DNA of 64,000 bases. Origin: Octopus sinensis (taxonomy: Eukaryota). Shown piece after piece: positions 49,650 to 63,010 of this stretch. Made by a program: the position numbers and the translations under genes. Position 1 is the stretch's first letter. Each line of letters opens with the position of its first letter. Under the pieces are notes generated by a model. That model saw only the letters and a list, made by a program, of their open reading frames with translations. It was not told where the DNA came from and ran no database searches. Location: NCBI RefSeq assembly GCF_006345805.1, contig NC_043004.1, positions 38,626,001 to 38,690,000 of the forward strand, given 5' to 3'.

Positions 49650-52640
49650 CGAAAGAAAGCTGTTAATGAAAGGCAAGGGGCGTTGGGTTCTGGTACTTAA
49701 TAAGTGAAAAACTGTACAATAAATATACAAACGAAATGTAAAAACGTATAATTTATACTGAGTGCACAAACGGACGGAAGAGAGACACAGAAGGTCCCTA
49801 ATTCTTCATAAATTATCAACCAGACACACACACGCAGATGACCGTAGGTACAAGGACACGAATAAAAGTAGGGTCATGTGGGTCATGGGGGTAAGTAAAG
49901 TTGAATGCAACAGAATTCTTGGACAGGGGGTCAGTAGACGTGAAACAGAAAACACTGCTGCTAGGAACAGAAACAACAACCACAACAGGGGGAATGGCAG
50001 GGACCAACAGGCAGACATAAGAACCAACAGTAATATAAACAACACATACACCTACACCAGGTACAAGAACAACGAAAATATCGCTAGCGATAATCAGAGA
50101 GATAGGAATGGTGGTAGTAGTAATAGTGGTGGTGGCAGTAATAGTAGTAGCGGCAGTGGTGGTAGCAGTGGTGGTGGTGGTGGTGGTGGTGGAGTTAGTG
50201 GTGGCTGTGGTAGTGTGGTTGATGGTTTGTAGCAGTAATGGTGGTGGTGGTAATGGTAGTGGTAGTGAGGAAGATAACACTAGAAGGGCCAACAACAAGA
50301 ATACCCACCCCCTTGACACCCAATGCACCATATGTGACAAATATTACAGCATGAGGGTCTGCATCCCAAGATATATTAGTGACCACTTGGAAGCACAATT
50401 CACTATAGATAGGACCAAACTTCGATTTTAGAACTATACACTAAGAGACAGAATAAGACAGAGGCCTAAAATCTCGGGAATATGCCCGAGTGTGGCCTAC
50501 GTAAGCTCATGTAGCGGTGGAGGAACAGAGATGTGGCATACTTTTCCACAGATAAGTCCGGCAGGTTGTCGATAGGCAGCTTGCGGAACTACATCCAGGC
50601 AATGCAACCTCACATCGCCAATATGAAAGTAACAACTCCAGAGGCGCATGAGGAGATATAAAAAGTCCTCAACGCCCATATGATGATATTGGTAATTGCT
50701 CTTGGACCTCAGAAATGAACGGCCAACAATTTCCAAGTCTGGAACAATGATATTCCGACGCTGTAGACACTCTGCAAGGACTACAAATTAACTACAGATC
50801 CTGTGGCGTAACCACCAACAAGACCAGTCTGTGGAGCGAATATCGCTAGCAACTACAGGATATCCTACTTCCTCTCAATGATCCTACGCCCCATAATCCA
50901 GATGTCACCTGATGTTTGTGACAGCGCTGAATCAACTGTAGCAACACCTGCGACCTGACAGGATGTATAGTGGGAAGCATGGATGTGGTATGCCTACACC
51001 CATCGATCGACGTGGATTTTGTGGTGGAGAAGTGCGTGGAGATGATCAGCGAGAGCGAAGTGGAGTTCCGCAATGTCAACACAGAGGAACTGGGCCTCCT
51101 ACTTAGACTGACATATGACAATGAATACCTAGACAAACATGGCTTTAGAAGTTTCTTCCTCAGTAGACATTTAAGAGGTAGACCACCCACAATTACATCT
51201 ATGGCTAGGAAGACTCCTATAGAGATATGGAGGGGATGGACCAGAGCCATACAGACCACCGAAAACAAATATCCAGTAAAGAAAATGATCGCACATGCAC
51301 TAGGAACTAGTATAAGAGTTACCCTAAAAGGCCTCTCGTTTAAGTTTAACAAAATATACGCCCAGGATGAAGGGGCAGCCATCGGTGATGTGACCAACCT
51401 TTTCATGGTATGGTGGGACAGAAGGCTTAAAGAACGTCTGACACCGAACACCATACTCATGTACTCTCGCTATGTTGATAATATCAACACAGTGGAAAAG
51501 GCACCCCCACAAGAGAGTACTCTTGAAATAGAAATAGAAATAGAAATTAATACTATGGAGAGCATCCAGCAAATACTTAATTCCATCCACCAGTGTATTA
51601 AGGTCCCGATAGACTACCCTACGTGACACCCTAACCATAGACTACCAGTACTAGATATAGAAATCTGGCTTGAAACTATGAGTAATAAAACCCAAATCAT
51701 TCACTCACACTATGCCAAACCTATGGCCTCCAAATACCTGATTCACTGGAATTTCAGCTATTGCGGACAATGCCAAATTCAATACATTGATGGCAGACCT
51801 CATCAGAGTAATGAGAAATGTGTCCCGCACATGTAACTCTACGGAGTTAAAGACACACATACAATACTTCGTTCACCGCATGCAGTTCTCAGGATACAGC
51901 CATAGAGAAAGGATCAGAGTATACAAAGGAGCCATGAGGAAATTTGAAACTATCCTTCTTAACGATAGGAATGGGATTTGCGCACTCTACTGGAGCAAAT
52001 CATGGAACACCTTTGAAAGGACTAAGAAGAAAATAGGGAAGACCAACTAATGGTATGATAGCCACAAATATCGGAGTGTCATGTTCGTCGAAACCACCCC
52101 TAGAGGCGAACTGACGTACCACTTTAGAAGAGCCCTAGACATACTTAAGCTAAGAATTAAGTTTGTAGAAAGGCCAGGTGACCCTATCAAATCCCTAATC
52201 GGTAGAACCTACCGTTTTAGTAGAGCCCCTCTGTACTGATAGGGACTGTATTGTATATAGATTTAGCCCACAAACAAACTGTAAAGCTAGGGATGTAGTT
52301 TATAGTATAAGATTTACAGAGGGACAGTGCAGTAACAAGACAACGACGTACGTAGGGGAGAAAGAACGGAGCATAGGGGAGAGGGTTCATGAGCTTAAGG
52401 GAACTTAAGGAAGAGAAAAGCTCATGGGTTCTGTACTAGCACGCCGAGCAGGAACACGGGGGCTCACTCAACAATATAGAAGTTAAAATTTTGTCCACAC
52501 ATAGAACAGACGCAACGTTTAGAGAAATTATGGAAGCTACACACATAATAGAAGATGAACCTAGCCTGAACAGGAAACTAGAATGGAACACTGGCACACA
52601 CCCCAACACACTACAATCTAAGAGAGAATAAGATCCCCAT
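49650..52640 (+). mobile_element. Near-complete but decayed Penelope-like element (RT plus C-terminal GIY-YIG; possibly Naiad-like)
   Basis: TRPVCGA, GSMDVVCLHPSI, RGRPPTIT, YAQDEGAAIG, YSRYVDNI, FSGYS..ER, VMFVETTPRGEL, C-x4-C...VVY...YVGERTRSIGERVHE and LNRKLEW, with many stops and frameshifts. Confidence 0.9.
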
Positions 52641-53737
52641 AAACTGATAATAATATGAATATAATACAATACACAGATAAATAAATAGAATTAAATAACT
52701 ATGTACATTAACAAAATAAATTAACTCAAATTAATACAAAAAGAAACATTGTTGTTCGTATTGTTGTTGTCGTTCGTGTTGTTGTTGATGCTGCGGTTAT
52801 TGTTGCTCATATTGTTGTTGTCGCTCGTGTTTTTGTTATGTTTAAATAGAAAGTAAAGAAAAAGTAAGTGCGTTGTGTGTGTTTATCGAGCAAAAACACC
52901 TAAAAGCTCCACGAGGCTCCGGCAGGGGATGGTGGTGATCCCTGCTGTACTCTTTCACCACTCTAAAGGCGGTGCTCCAGCATGGCCGCAGTCAAATGAC
53001 TGAAACAAGCACAAAAAAAAAAAAAAAAAAAAAATATGAATAAAATAAATAAAAGTACATTAAACGAACGTGTATAAAAAGGGGATACTGATAATGCAGG
53101 CACATCCCCCACCTACACACGAAATATAGACACACACAGGGCTATACGCATGCGCATATAAAGACATATGCAATAGGAATACCAACTGGCAGATTATTAG
53201 TAAGGAGAGACACACAAAAAAGAAAGAAGAAAGCAAAGAACCACTGATGAGGTCAGAGAAGTGTAACGAAAGAACTCTAGCCGAAATACAATTAATCTAT
53301 AATAGAAATTGGACATGGGCGATCGTTGTATTCTTTCTTGTCTTGAGGTTCACACCCAAACGGCTGGATGGATTCGCGTGAAAAATGGCACACATGTGGA
53401 GACGGATGCATAGATTGGAATGCGGTTTGTATTTTTTTCCTAGCCTCCATAGTTACCGAGATATACAGCAGGCATATACAGTTGAGGATGACAGTCAGCC
53501 AAAGCCACACATACATACATACATACATACATAGATACATACACACATACATACATACATACATAACAACCTGCGTGCGTGTGTGTGTGTGTGTGTCACT
53601 GAAGCCAGTCATACATATATGCATAGAAACATACATTCATACATACATACATACATACATAACGTCTCTCTCTCTCGCTTTTTCTCTGTCACTCACTCAC
53701 ACATTCACTCACTACAAAAAGCGAATAAAATTTTTTA

Positions 53738-53798
<61 letters not shown>

Positions 53799-54595
53799 TA
53801 CACACACGCACCAGCAACATTACTCTGTCTCTTCACACACACTAACAAAAGCAATTCACATACACACCACACATTCTGTCTCGCACACTCCATCAAATAC
53901 ACACACTCTTTCACACACACACACATAAACGGACGCACATCAATTCTTCCGCTTCATGCCAACTTCAAAAGAACGTCACTCAAACAATCGCGTTCTCTCT
54001 GTTTCTTTCGCTTTCACACCGACTTCAAAAGAAACCCCTTTCCACCCAACCCCATATTAAAAAAATCAAAAAATTTCACGGAAACCGACGATCATTTTCA
54101 AACATGTAAATAAACACACGTGGTTTATATGTGGTTTGTAAGTGACAGTCGTGTGTTCCCATATCGAAAGATCGCCCAATGTTTTAATCATTAGATAGAG
54201 GTCCAATAGACTAGCTCTCAGAAACAGACTACGTACAAATTCGGTCTTCACAACTCCTGAAGTTGTTTTCTGACAAGGGGGGCGTCAGGTAATTTTCATA
54301 CAGCTGGAAGCTTCAATCGAAACAGGGGACCCGAAATGATAAAGTTGAGAAACCCTGTTATACATTATGCCTAGCCAAAAACGATTACAGTCATATCATC
54401 CAAACAGACCGGGTGAAACCGGGGTTAGCTGCTAGTAGTATAAAATAAAGCTGAAGCAAGGGAACACCAAATATATAGTGCGTGTAATTTTATTGGCTAA
54501 ACTGGCAATATGAGCATCACCAAATACAACAATATATATATATAAATAAAAAAAACCACCATGAATTTTTTCCTGTAAGTTTGGAATAATATTCC

Positions 54596-54634
<39 letters not shown>

Positions 54635-55079
54635 ATATATAGTGTTATTCGTTTTAGTCATTTGACTGTGGCCATGCTGGAGCACCGTTTTAGTCGAACA
54701 AACCGACCTCAGGACTTGTACTTTGTAAGCCTAGTCTCTATTCTGCCGATACATATATAGGTAAGACCATTGACTACAAGTCTACACACTCACACCACAC
54801 ATATACACATATACATACACTCATACATGCATGCACACACACACACACACACACACACATACGCACACACGCACACACACATACACACTCATATATATAT
54901 ACATTACATATTATATTTTATATTTTATACTTATATTTCCTTGTCTATTTACATTTACTGTATATTTTGTATAATGCCTTTACTGATATGTAATGGTGTA
55001 ATAAAGTATTGATTGGGTATCATCTGATAGTTGATGTTTTATTGATTTAAGTATGTTTCTCCATGTTCTAATTTTGTAG

Positions 55080-55125
<46 letters not shown>

Positions 55126-55713
55126 TATATATATGGTTACGAACACAAAACGAGTGGAACGAGTTTTAACAGTGGTATGGTTATTTTAACGTTTCAAAAA
55201 AAAGAAGGAGTCTTTTGTTCTGGACACTTGTTCTTCAACAAACACAAAAGAGAACAGAATGAATATGTAAAAAATACAGGACAAAATTTATTGGAAAAGA
55301 AAAATGTTTAGGATCCAGATAGGAATGCGGCTCTACAGGAAAAAGTTAGGTAGAGAGGAGGAGTGGGTGAGTGCTTGTATGATATAACTTTTTGTTTGGA
55401 GATAAGTTTAAGGTCCTGACGTTTGGAGTCTCTAGGTATGACAGTATTGTTGGTTACAATATGTTGGAAAGGTGAATGACTAAGTAAAAAAAATTCTGTT
55501 AAACAGTATATCTAGTGAGAAAAATGTACAATAAATACAAAGAGTGAAAAAAATATTGAAAACACAAAAGGCATGTGTGAGGATGGGGTGAGCCAACAAG
55601 TGTAATGGCTGAAGAGTAAACTGTAATTGGTGAGAATATTATATAAATGTTATTATGGAGATGTACTTGCAAAGCAAGTGACCTTTTCTGAGATCGTGTG
55701 CTGGAACGAAAAC

Positions 55714-55950
55714 AATTGCAGCGTTGAAGGTGTTTATAAGTCATTTAAGAAACACATAAAAACCGTTAGATTCACTTCAACATTTAAATTTGAATGGGCT
55801 CCGAGATGCAGCACAGAATTTTGTCAGTGAACAGATCGCGGTCTCAAAGCGACGAAAATATTTAGGCAAATTAAATTTAAATGTTGAAGTGAATCTAACG
55901 GTTTTAGCGTGTTTCTTAAATGGCTTATAAACACCTTTCACGCTGCAATT
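55714..55950. mobile_element. 237-bp MITE/fold-back with about 80-bp TIRs
   Basis: AATTGCAGCGTTGAAGGTGTTTATAAG...CATTTAAATTT is repeated in inverted orientation; the TSD is not resolved. Confidence 0.85.
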
Positions 55951-56164
55951 ATTATATAAAGGAATTACGGGAACATAACCTAGCAATTGTTTAAACGATA
56001 ATACTGGTGAAATTCAGGAGTTTATATACCACACATGAAAGAAAACTAAGCCGCTAACAATATTCAGTTAAACATGGAATTCAAATGATGTTGAATAAAT
56101 AAGATAAAAAAATAATAAAAGAAAGAAAAAAACAATATCGAAATAATGTTATTATAAAAAGGAG

Positions 56165-56645
56165 AGAAATAGCCTAGATGCCAATTGGGGAGTGTCGATG
56201 GAAAAAGCTAGTGAGGTCTTAAATAGAATAGTGAAAATCTTATGTATGCTTATATCAACGTCGTCATAAACGTTAAGTCGTGTCCAAGAAGTATAGCTGT
56301 AGCCTTTGATTAAGTCTCTGCATTTTGATGGGTGAAAGGAGCGGAGACTTGTTGTCTCCGCCCCTTTCAGGGAAACTACCACCTGTGTCATCTCTTGTGA
56401 AAGGTAGGAAAGTCCAGTTTGCTGGACATTGTTGTAGAGCTGAAAAAGAGGTAATTTCTACTCTTCTCCTCTGGAAGCCATCTACTCGCAATACCAGAGG
56501 GCGCACACTCTCCTACCCTGATGTAATCTCCAGGGATACAGGCATCCAGCAACAGGACCTCCGTAATGCCATGACGGACCTTGAAGTCTGGCGTAGCATG
56601 GTAAATTCCATTGTCTCGACCACGGTCGAACAATCATGATGATGA
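56165..56645 (+). mobile_element. RTE-type LINE 3' end with a (TGA)n tail
   Basis: KLPPVSSLVKGRKVQFAGHCCR...LLLWKP...DR-like VWRSMV, followed by tgatgatga. Confidence 0.85.
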
Positions 56646-57487
56646 CATATTAATTGTTGAATGAGGATAGAAGAATTTTTTTTGCGTAATTAATTCCATT
56701 GATTAAACTGTTCAGTTTGATGGTCCTCACAGAAGCGATACGATGCTGTACCTGCACTCAGCTTCATTTAACAAAAGCAGCTGTAAAGTTGACTACGTAA
56801 TTCATGTTCCTTACACTAAAGGGTATTTAGAAGCTGGTTATTTAGCATCGCTTTACCTAATGGAAATCATTACACACGCAAACAGACACGTACACAAATA
56901 CACACACATACAAACACACAAACACACACAAATGCACACACACGTACACGGGCGCACACATGCGTGTGCACACATGCGTGTGCACACATGCGTGTGCACA
57001 CATGGACAGTTTCGTTTATATATATATGCGATTGTGTGTGTGCTTGTGCGTTTATGTGTGCATGTGTGTGTGCATTTATGTGTGTATCTGTGCGTGCGTT
57101 TATGTGTGCATATGTATCTGTGTGCGCCAGCGGCCGCGTGTGTATGATGTGTGTATGTGCGTGTGCGCCTGTGTGTTTATGAGTGTGTGCTTGTGTGTGC
57201 ATGTGTGTGTACATGTGTGTGTGTACATGTGTGTTTATTTGTGCATGTGCATGCTTTATGCGGGGTTGTTTGTGTGTATGTGTGTGTGTGTGTGTTATAT
57301 CCTGCACTTGATTTACGAGTTCATTGAGGAAATATTTATAAAAATCTCTGTATTTGAAAGTTACTCAATTTTCAAATCCCTACCAACCATATATTTATCC
57401 TTTCTTACTATGTTCTTGTGTTTCTCGCTTTCTTTGCCTATCCTTGACGTACCGGGTGAGTCACAGAAAGTAAATAAAATATTATAG

Positions 57488-58025
57488 ACTAGCTTAAAAG
57501 CTGCACTCCGTGAGGACATTTACGATAGCTTTTGCAGAGGGCGAAATGGACCTGCGACCCGAAACTTAAATAAGCTACATAGCATGACTACAATACGCCT
57601 TGAATGACTATTATACCCCGGTGATGTTTGATCAGAGCTTAAGGACAGATAAGAGTTAATTATGTAATGCAATCATTCCATTGTTCCAGTCCCAAGTTGA
57701 ATCCCAGCTGTTGGCCACTTTGTCCCAACATTCTAGTCACGTAAAATTAACAAATGTCATTTATCAAGCAAATGTCATTTATCTCCTCCTTGACCTCTGA
57801 AGTATATCTGACAAACGCCAAACAAGATGGAGCGAATCAGCCAGAATTTAGCTGCTAGAAATCAGATTTCAATGCTGGATGTTCAAGAACCAAATGAAGG
57901 ACAGATTTTCAATCCCGGATCATCCTGATTTCAAAAAGCTATAATATGTCTATGTAGAGCAAATATAGACTGAAAAACAGGGGTTCCAGACGGACAAAAC
58001 AAAATTTCGCTTTTATCATTGTAGA
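57488..58025 (-). mobile_element. Possible non-autonomous Helitron
   Basis: Minus-strand 5' end TCTACAATGATAAAAGCGAAATTT resembles the other Helitron heads. A CTAG lies at about 57489, but the hairpin is weak. Confidence 0.4.
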
Positions 58026-58454
58026 TTGACGGACGAAGTAAAACATAGAGTGACATCACCTAAACTTACTTTCCAATTTTATTTATACCGATCAGGGGCG
58101 TCTTAAGGCAGGAGCACACTGCGAAATCGACCAGGGGCACTCAAGGTCTATATATATATATATAGAGAGAGAGAGAAATACAACAAGTGGCTTCCAAATA
58201 GGAAAACCTTGTGCTAGAAAGAGCAGTAGAAAATTCAAACCACCAATTAAGGATAAATTCCCGAAAGGAATGAAAATTAAAAACGTTTACCATCTCAACA
58301 ATTATTTCCCAGACCATGGTTTCTAATTATTTCCAGCAAAGTTTTCCTATTTGGAAGCCTCTTGTATCTCTATGTGAATATTATATAATCTAATGACTAA
58401 TTCGTTTTTGTGCTAGGCCACTGGTAATAATAATTTCTTATTACCTTATTGTTT

Positions 58455-58541
<87 letters not shown>

Positions 58542-58959
58542 TATTTGTTTTTTTATTGCAGCAATACAACTGTTGGGTAAACAGGTTTTACTGACAAAAG
58601 ATGGCTTTTGTAACCATATATATTGTGTGACGCTGTGTTTGTCCTCACTTCACCTTCGCTTTATAACTGATATTTGTGTATTTACGTACCCGTAACTTAG
58701 CGGTTCGTTAAGAGACTGGTAGAATAAATACTAGGCTTACAAAGAGTAAGTGCTGGGGTTTGAGTTGTTAGACTAAAAGTGGTGCTCTAACATGACCGCC
58801 TTCAAATGACTGAAACAAGTAAAAGAAGAAAAGAATAGGTTTATAGACGATCATGTAGCCTAAGGGAGAATTGCAACGAATTCCCGCACACATACACACA
58901 CAGACACACACATATATATGTATATATGCATGTATGTATGCATGTATGCATGTATGTAT

Positions 58960-59002
<43 letters not shown>

Positions 59003-59186
59003 CAATTGAGATAGGGGTTGTAAATTCAACCCTCCATGGGATAACATATATCCAATATACTGCTAGATAAGTACCCAACAAAGCTAATACATAAATGTTA
59101 AGAATTGCGATGCAATTAATTTATTTACTGTATTATGTGGGCAACGGTAAAATTATTTTTACCATAAATTAATAATAGAAAATGAG

Positions 59187-59223
<37 letters not shown>

Positions 59224-59313
59224 TTTATTACTAAAACTGCAAAGACATCATAAGACTGCTACACAGATTTTCGTCGAGCAGTTTCAATTGAGACAGTTTT
59301 GATTCTCAGCCAA

Positions 59314-59355
59314 AACTGTCCGACGAACTGTAACGTGAAACTTTCAGTAACAGTT
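59314..59355 (+). ncRNA. Type I hammerhead fold with a U4C core change
   Basis: AACUGU-CCGACGA-AC uguaac GU-GAAA-CU uuc AG-U-A-ACAGUU. Stem I has 6 bp and the cleavage triplet is GUA; it lies about 90 nt from a (TA)n tract. Confidence 0.6.
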
Positions 59356-59772
59356 GTTTGTGATGCCTTTGCAGTATTAGTAATAAAGCATGTTATTCTA
59401 CCCTCGGTCTACGAGTACTATTTTCTCCACCATGCTTCACATTTATGTGCTTACTCTGGTACACAGACACGCACACACATATATATATGTTATATATATA
59501 TACGTACATACATACATACATACATACATACATACATACATACATACATGTAACCATAACTCGAATTATTAATTGAATTTAAATTATTGTTATTCGAATT
59601 AGTACAGCCATGAAACGATCGTAGTGTTTTACTCTTTATCTTTTATTAAACTTTTAATACTTTTGATATTAAAAAAAAAGAATTAAAATAAATAAATAAT
59701 AATTAATTAATTAATTAATAAATAAATAATATTAAATATAAAAATATACATACATACATATATATATATATT

Positions 59773-59819
<47 letters not shown>

Positions 59820-59945
59820 TATAAGTTTAAATTATTTAAATAATCTTTTATTTTTAACTTTTATATTTTTAAATTAATTTTATGTATTGGCTTACGTTTT
59901 TCCCTGTTTGATTTGCCTAATAGTGGTTTTATCTCTAATTTAATA

Positions 59946-59992
<47 letters not shown>

Positions 59993-60215
59993 TAGGGATG
60001 GTATTATTAAAATACCATCACGAGTGGCAAGCGAATTATCAGCCGTACAGGTAAATTAATAAAACTTTCCCTATCATGTCCTAGTAGATTTGTGACTATT
60101 CGGTGGTACAGGAGTATTTGTGACTTCTATTTTTTAGCTATTGTAGGTGCTAATGTAGTGGCCTTGTGTATATATATATGTACATATCTAATATTATATG
60201 TATATAATTTACATT

Positions 60216-60268
<53 letters not shown>

Positions 60269-60292
60269 ATTTGTGTGTGTGCCTATTATGTC

Positions 60293-60339
<47 letters not shown>

Positions 60340-60535
60340 GTGTAAATGCAACCATATGTGAATCGTTGGCGATTTTTCCTTCGTCTTTCCTTTCTCTTGG
60401 ACTTTCTTCCATCTCCTGCTTCTGACAAGGAGCTTTGCTCGAAACGTAAAACCAGCTTTCTTTCCTTCTAATACTCGCATTATTGCTTTTTTCTGGTCTT
60501 TGTTCCTCGGCTTTTTTTGGGGTAGGTGTTGGAAT

Positions 60536-60572
<37 letters not shown>

Positions 60573-60792
60573 CACACCCACAGATTGTAGATCAACAATG
60601 TTACCTTTTCTAATTTTAAACAGTAGAGTAGTGTGATTTATGGGAGAAATTATTGCTATTCTGGATACGTCTAAGAGACCTTCACTCGTTTACTTCAAGT
60701 AAACATATTTGTTTTTTTCTTTTTTGAAAGGTGTGATCTGCATATATTCATTTATGTCACACCTATTTTGTAAAGCAGCTACACATTAGCAT

Positions 60793-60832
<40 letters not shown>

Positions 60833-61306
60833 TTCTCTCTCTTTCTTTCTGTCCCTATTTCTGACACTCCTTCTTTTCTCATTTATTTCATACTTTCTGA
60901 GTGGTGGTCGGTTTTGACGTCGTATGACGGATGAATAGCTTATGCGAAGTCTTTAGGCTACATAGAGCTATGTCACAATAGTATTAATTTTCTAAGGATT
61001 TGCGATTGTATACAAATTACATTGGTATGAATGTTAATTGTTATGTGATAAGAATTCAACATTTTCTTAAATGACATATTTTAATCGTCTCTTTTATAAA
61101 GTTTATTTTGGGGTCAAATATATATGTATATATGTGTGTGTGTATTTTTGTGTTTATATATATATATATTATATTAAATTAGAGACAAAACCACTATTAG
61201 GCAAATCAAACAATGAAAGACTTAAGCCAATACATATAATTAATTTATATTATTTAAATATGTAACAATTATTAAAAAATATAATTAATTATAATTAATA
61301 TAATTA

Positions 61307-61347
<41 letters not shown>

Positions 61348-61514
61348 TATATATACATATATATATACACATATATATATATACATACATATATACACAC
61401 ATACACACATACACACATACACACACACACATACTTACATACGTAAGTGCCAGAATCGAAACTCTCTGAAGGTGAGTTACTCTGTTGCTTCTGTTAAATG
61501 TTAATGAAAATTTA

Positions 61515-61701
61515 CGTAGGAGTGGCTGTGTGGTAAGTAGCTTGCTTACCAACCACATAGATCTGGGTTCAGTCCCACTGCGTGGCACCTTGGGCAAGTG
61601 TCTTCTTCTATAGCCTCGGGCCGACCAAAGCCTTGTGAGTGGATTTGGTATATGAGAACTGAAAGAAGCCCGTCGTATATATATGTATATATATATGTAT
61701 G

Positions 61702-61734
<33 letters not shown>

Positions 61735-61945
61735 TTGTGTGTCTGTGCTTGTCTCCCCAACATCGCTTGACAACCGATACTGGTGTGTTTACGTCACCGT
61801 AACTTAGCGGTTCGGCAAAAGAGACCGATAGAGTAAGTACTAGGCTTACAAAGAAGAAGTCCTGGGGTCGATTTGCTCGACTAAAGACGGTGCTCCCGCA
61901 TGGCCGCAGTCAAATGACTGAAACAAGTAAAAGAGTAAAATAGTA
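61515..61945 (+). mobile_element. SINE family B, full length
   Basis: Complete head, internal microsatellite and AAAAGAGT-type tail. Confidence 0.92.
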
Positions 61946-62139
61946 AAAGGGTATATTCATATTTTTGACTTATACTTTTCCTGTTTGCACCAACATACAT
62001 ACATACATACATACAAACATACATACATACATACATACATACTTACATACATACGTGCATACATACATACATACATACATACTTACATACATACGTGCAT
62101 ACATACATACATACAGGAACAGGAAATATCAAACAATAC

Positions 62140-63010
62140 CTGATGACAAAAGGGATAAAAATGCAGGCAAAGCCTTAACCGATGCAGAATTCGTGGTGTT
62201 ATCAGTGAAGATATCACCTACATCATAAACGGTATTATCAATCGATGATACATGACGTTGTAGCTAGGACATTCTATAATGGAATCTGTCGGACGGACAA
62301 TGGTAGAAGCCATGCCACTCATAATAAAAAGGAATACTGGTGGAATGTACCAGTGAAGACCTCAAAAAAATATAAGCACAACAGACCTGATATAATGATT
62401 TGGGCTAGAGAAGAGAGACTGTGCACAGTTGTGGAAATTAGCTACACAGCGGAAGTTAACATAAAGCTGAAGGTCAGTGAGAAAGAGAACACCTATGCTG
62501 AACAATTGAGAATTCTGCGGTTATCCTATCCAGATTACAATTTCAGGTTTATAACTGTAATTATTGGGGCCCTGGGATATATACCACATTGCCTAAATAT
62601 CAATCTTGAGAAATTAGGTTTCTCAAAACCAGAAAAGAGAAAGCTAATTCGAAGACTACATATCCAATCCATCACTGGAACTGTAAAGATCTGTAAAACT
62701 TTACCGAAGTTTATCATTGAAATATATACAAGCATGTTTAGATATGTAACTTTATGCATGAGAATGCATACATTAGACATACAAATCTGCACGTACATAC
62801 ATACATACATACATACATACATACATACATACATACATACATACATACATACATACATACATAATACATACATACATGTATGCATATATACATGCATGCA
62901 TACATACAAACAAAAATACCCCGTTGTTGATGTTGAAATTCCAATCACGGAAACTTGGATCTAGGTTAGAAACCGTTTCTCTCGCTATTGGCAAGGACTC
63001 TTGAAACAAA
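62140..63010 (+). mobile_element. R4/Dong/NeSL-type LINE 3' end (RLE domain and 3' UTR) embedded in (TACA)n
   Basis: HDVVAR...KHNRPDIMIW...VVEIS...EKENTY...IIGALG...GTVKICK. Confidence 0.88.

Noticed and set aside
52200-52420. Selenocysteine-type UGA codons in the PLE zinc-binding positions, as reported for some Naiad elements
   Set aside because: The Cys positions read TGT/TGC or are substituted (TAT, TTT). The stops elsewhere look like ordinary decay.
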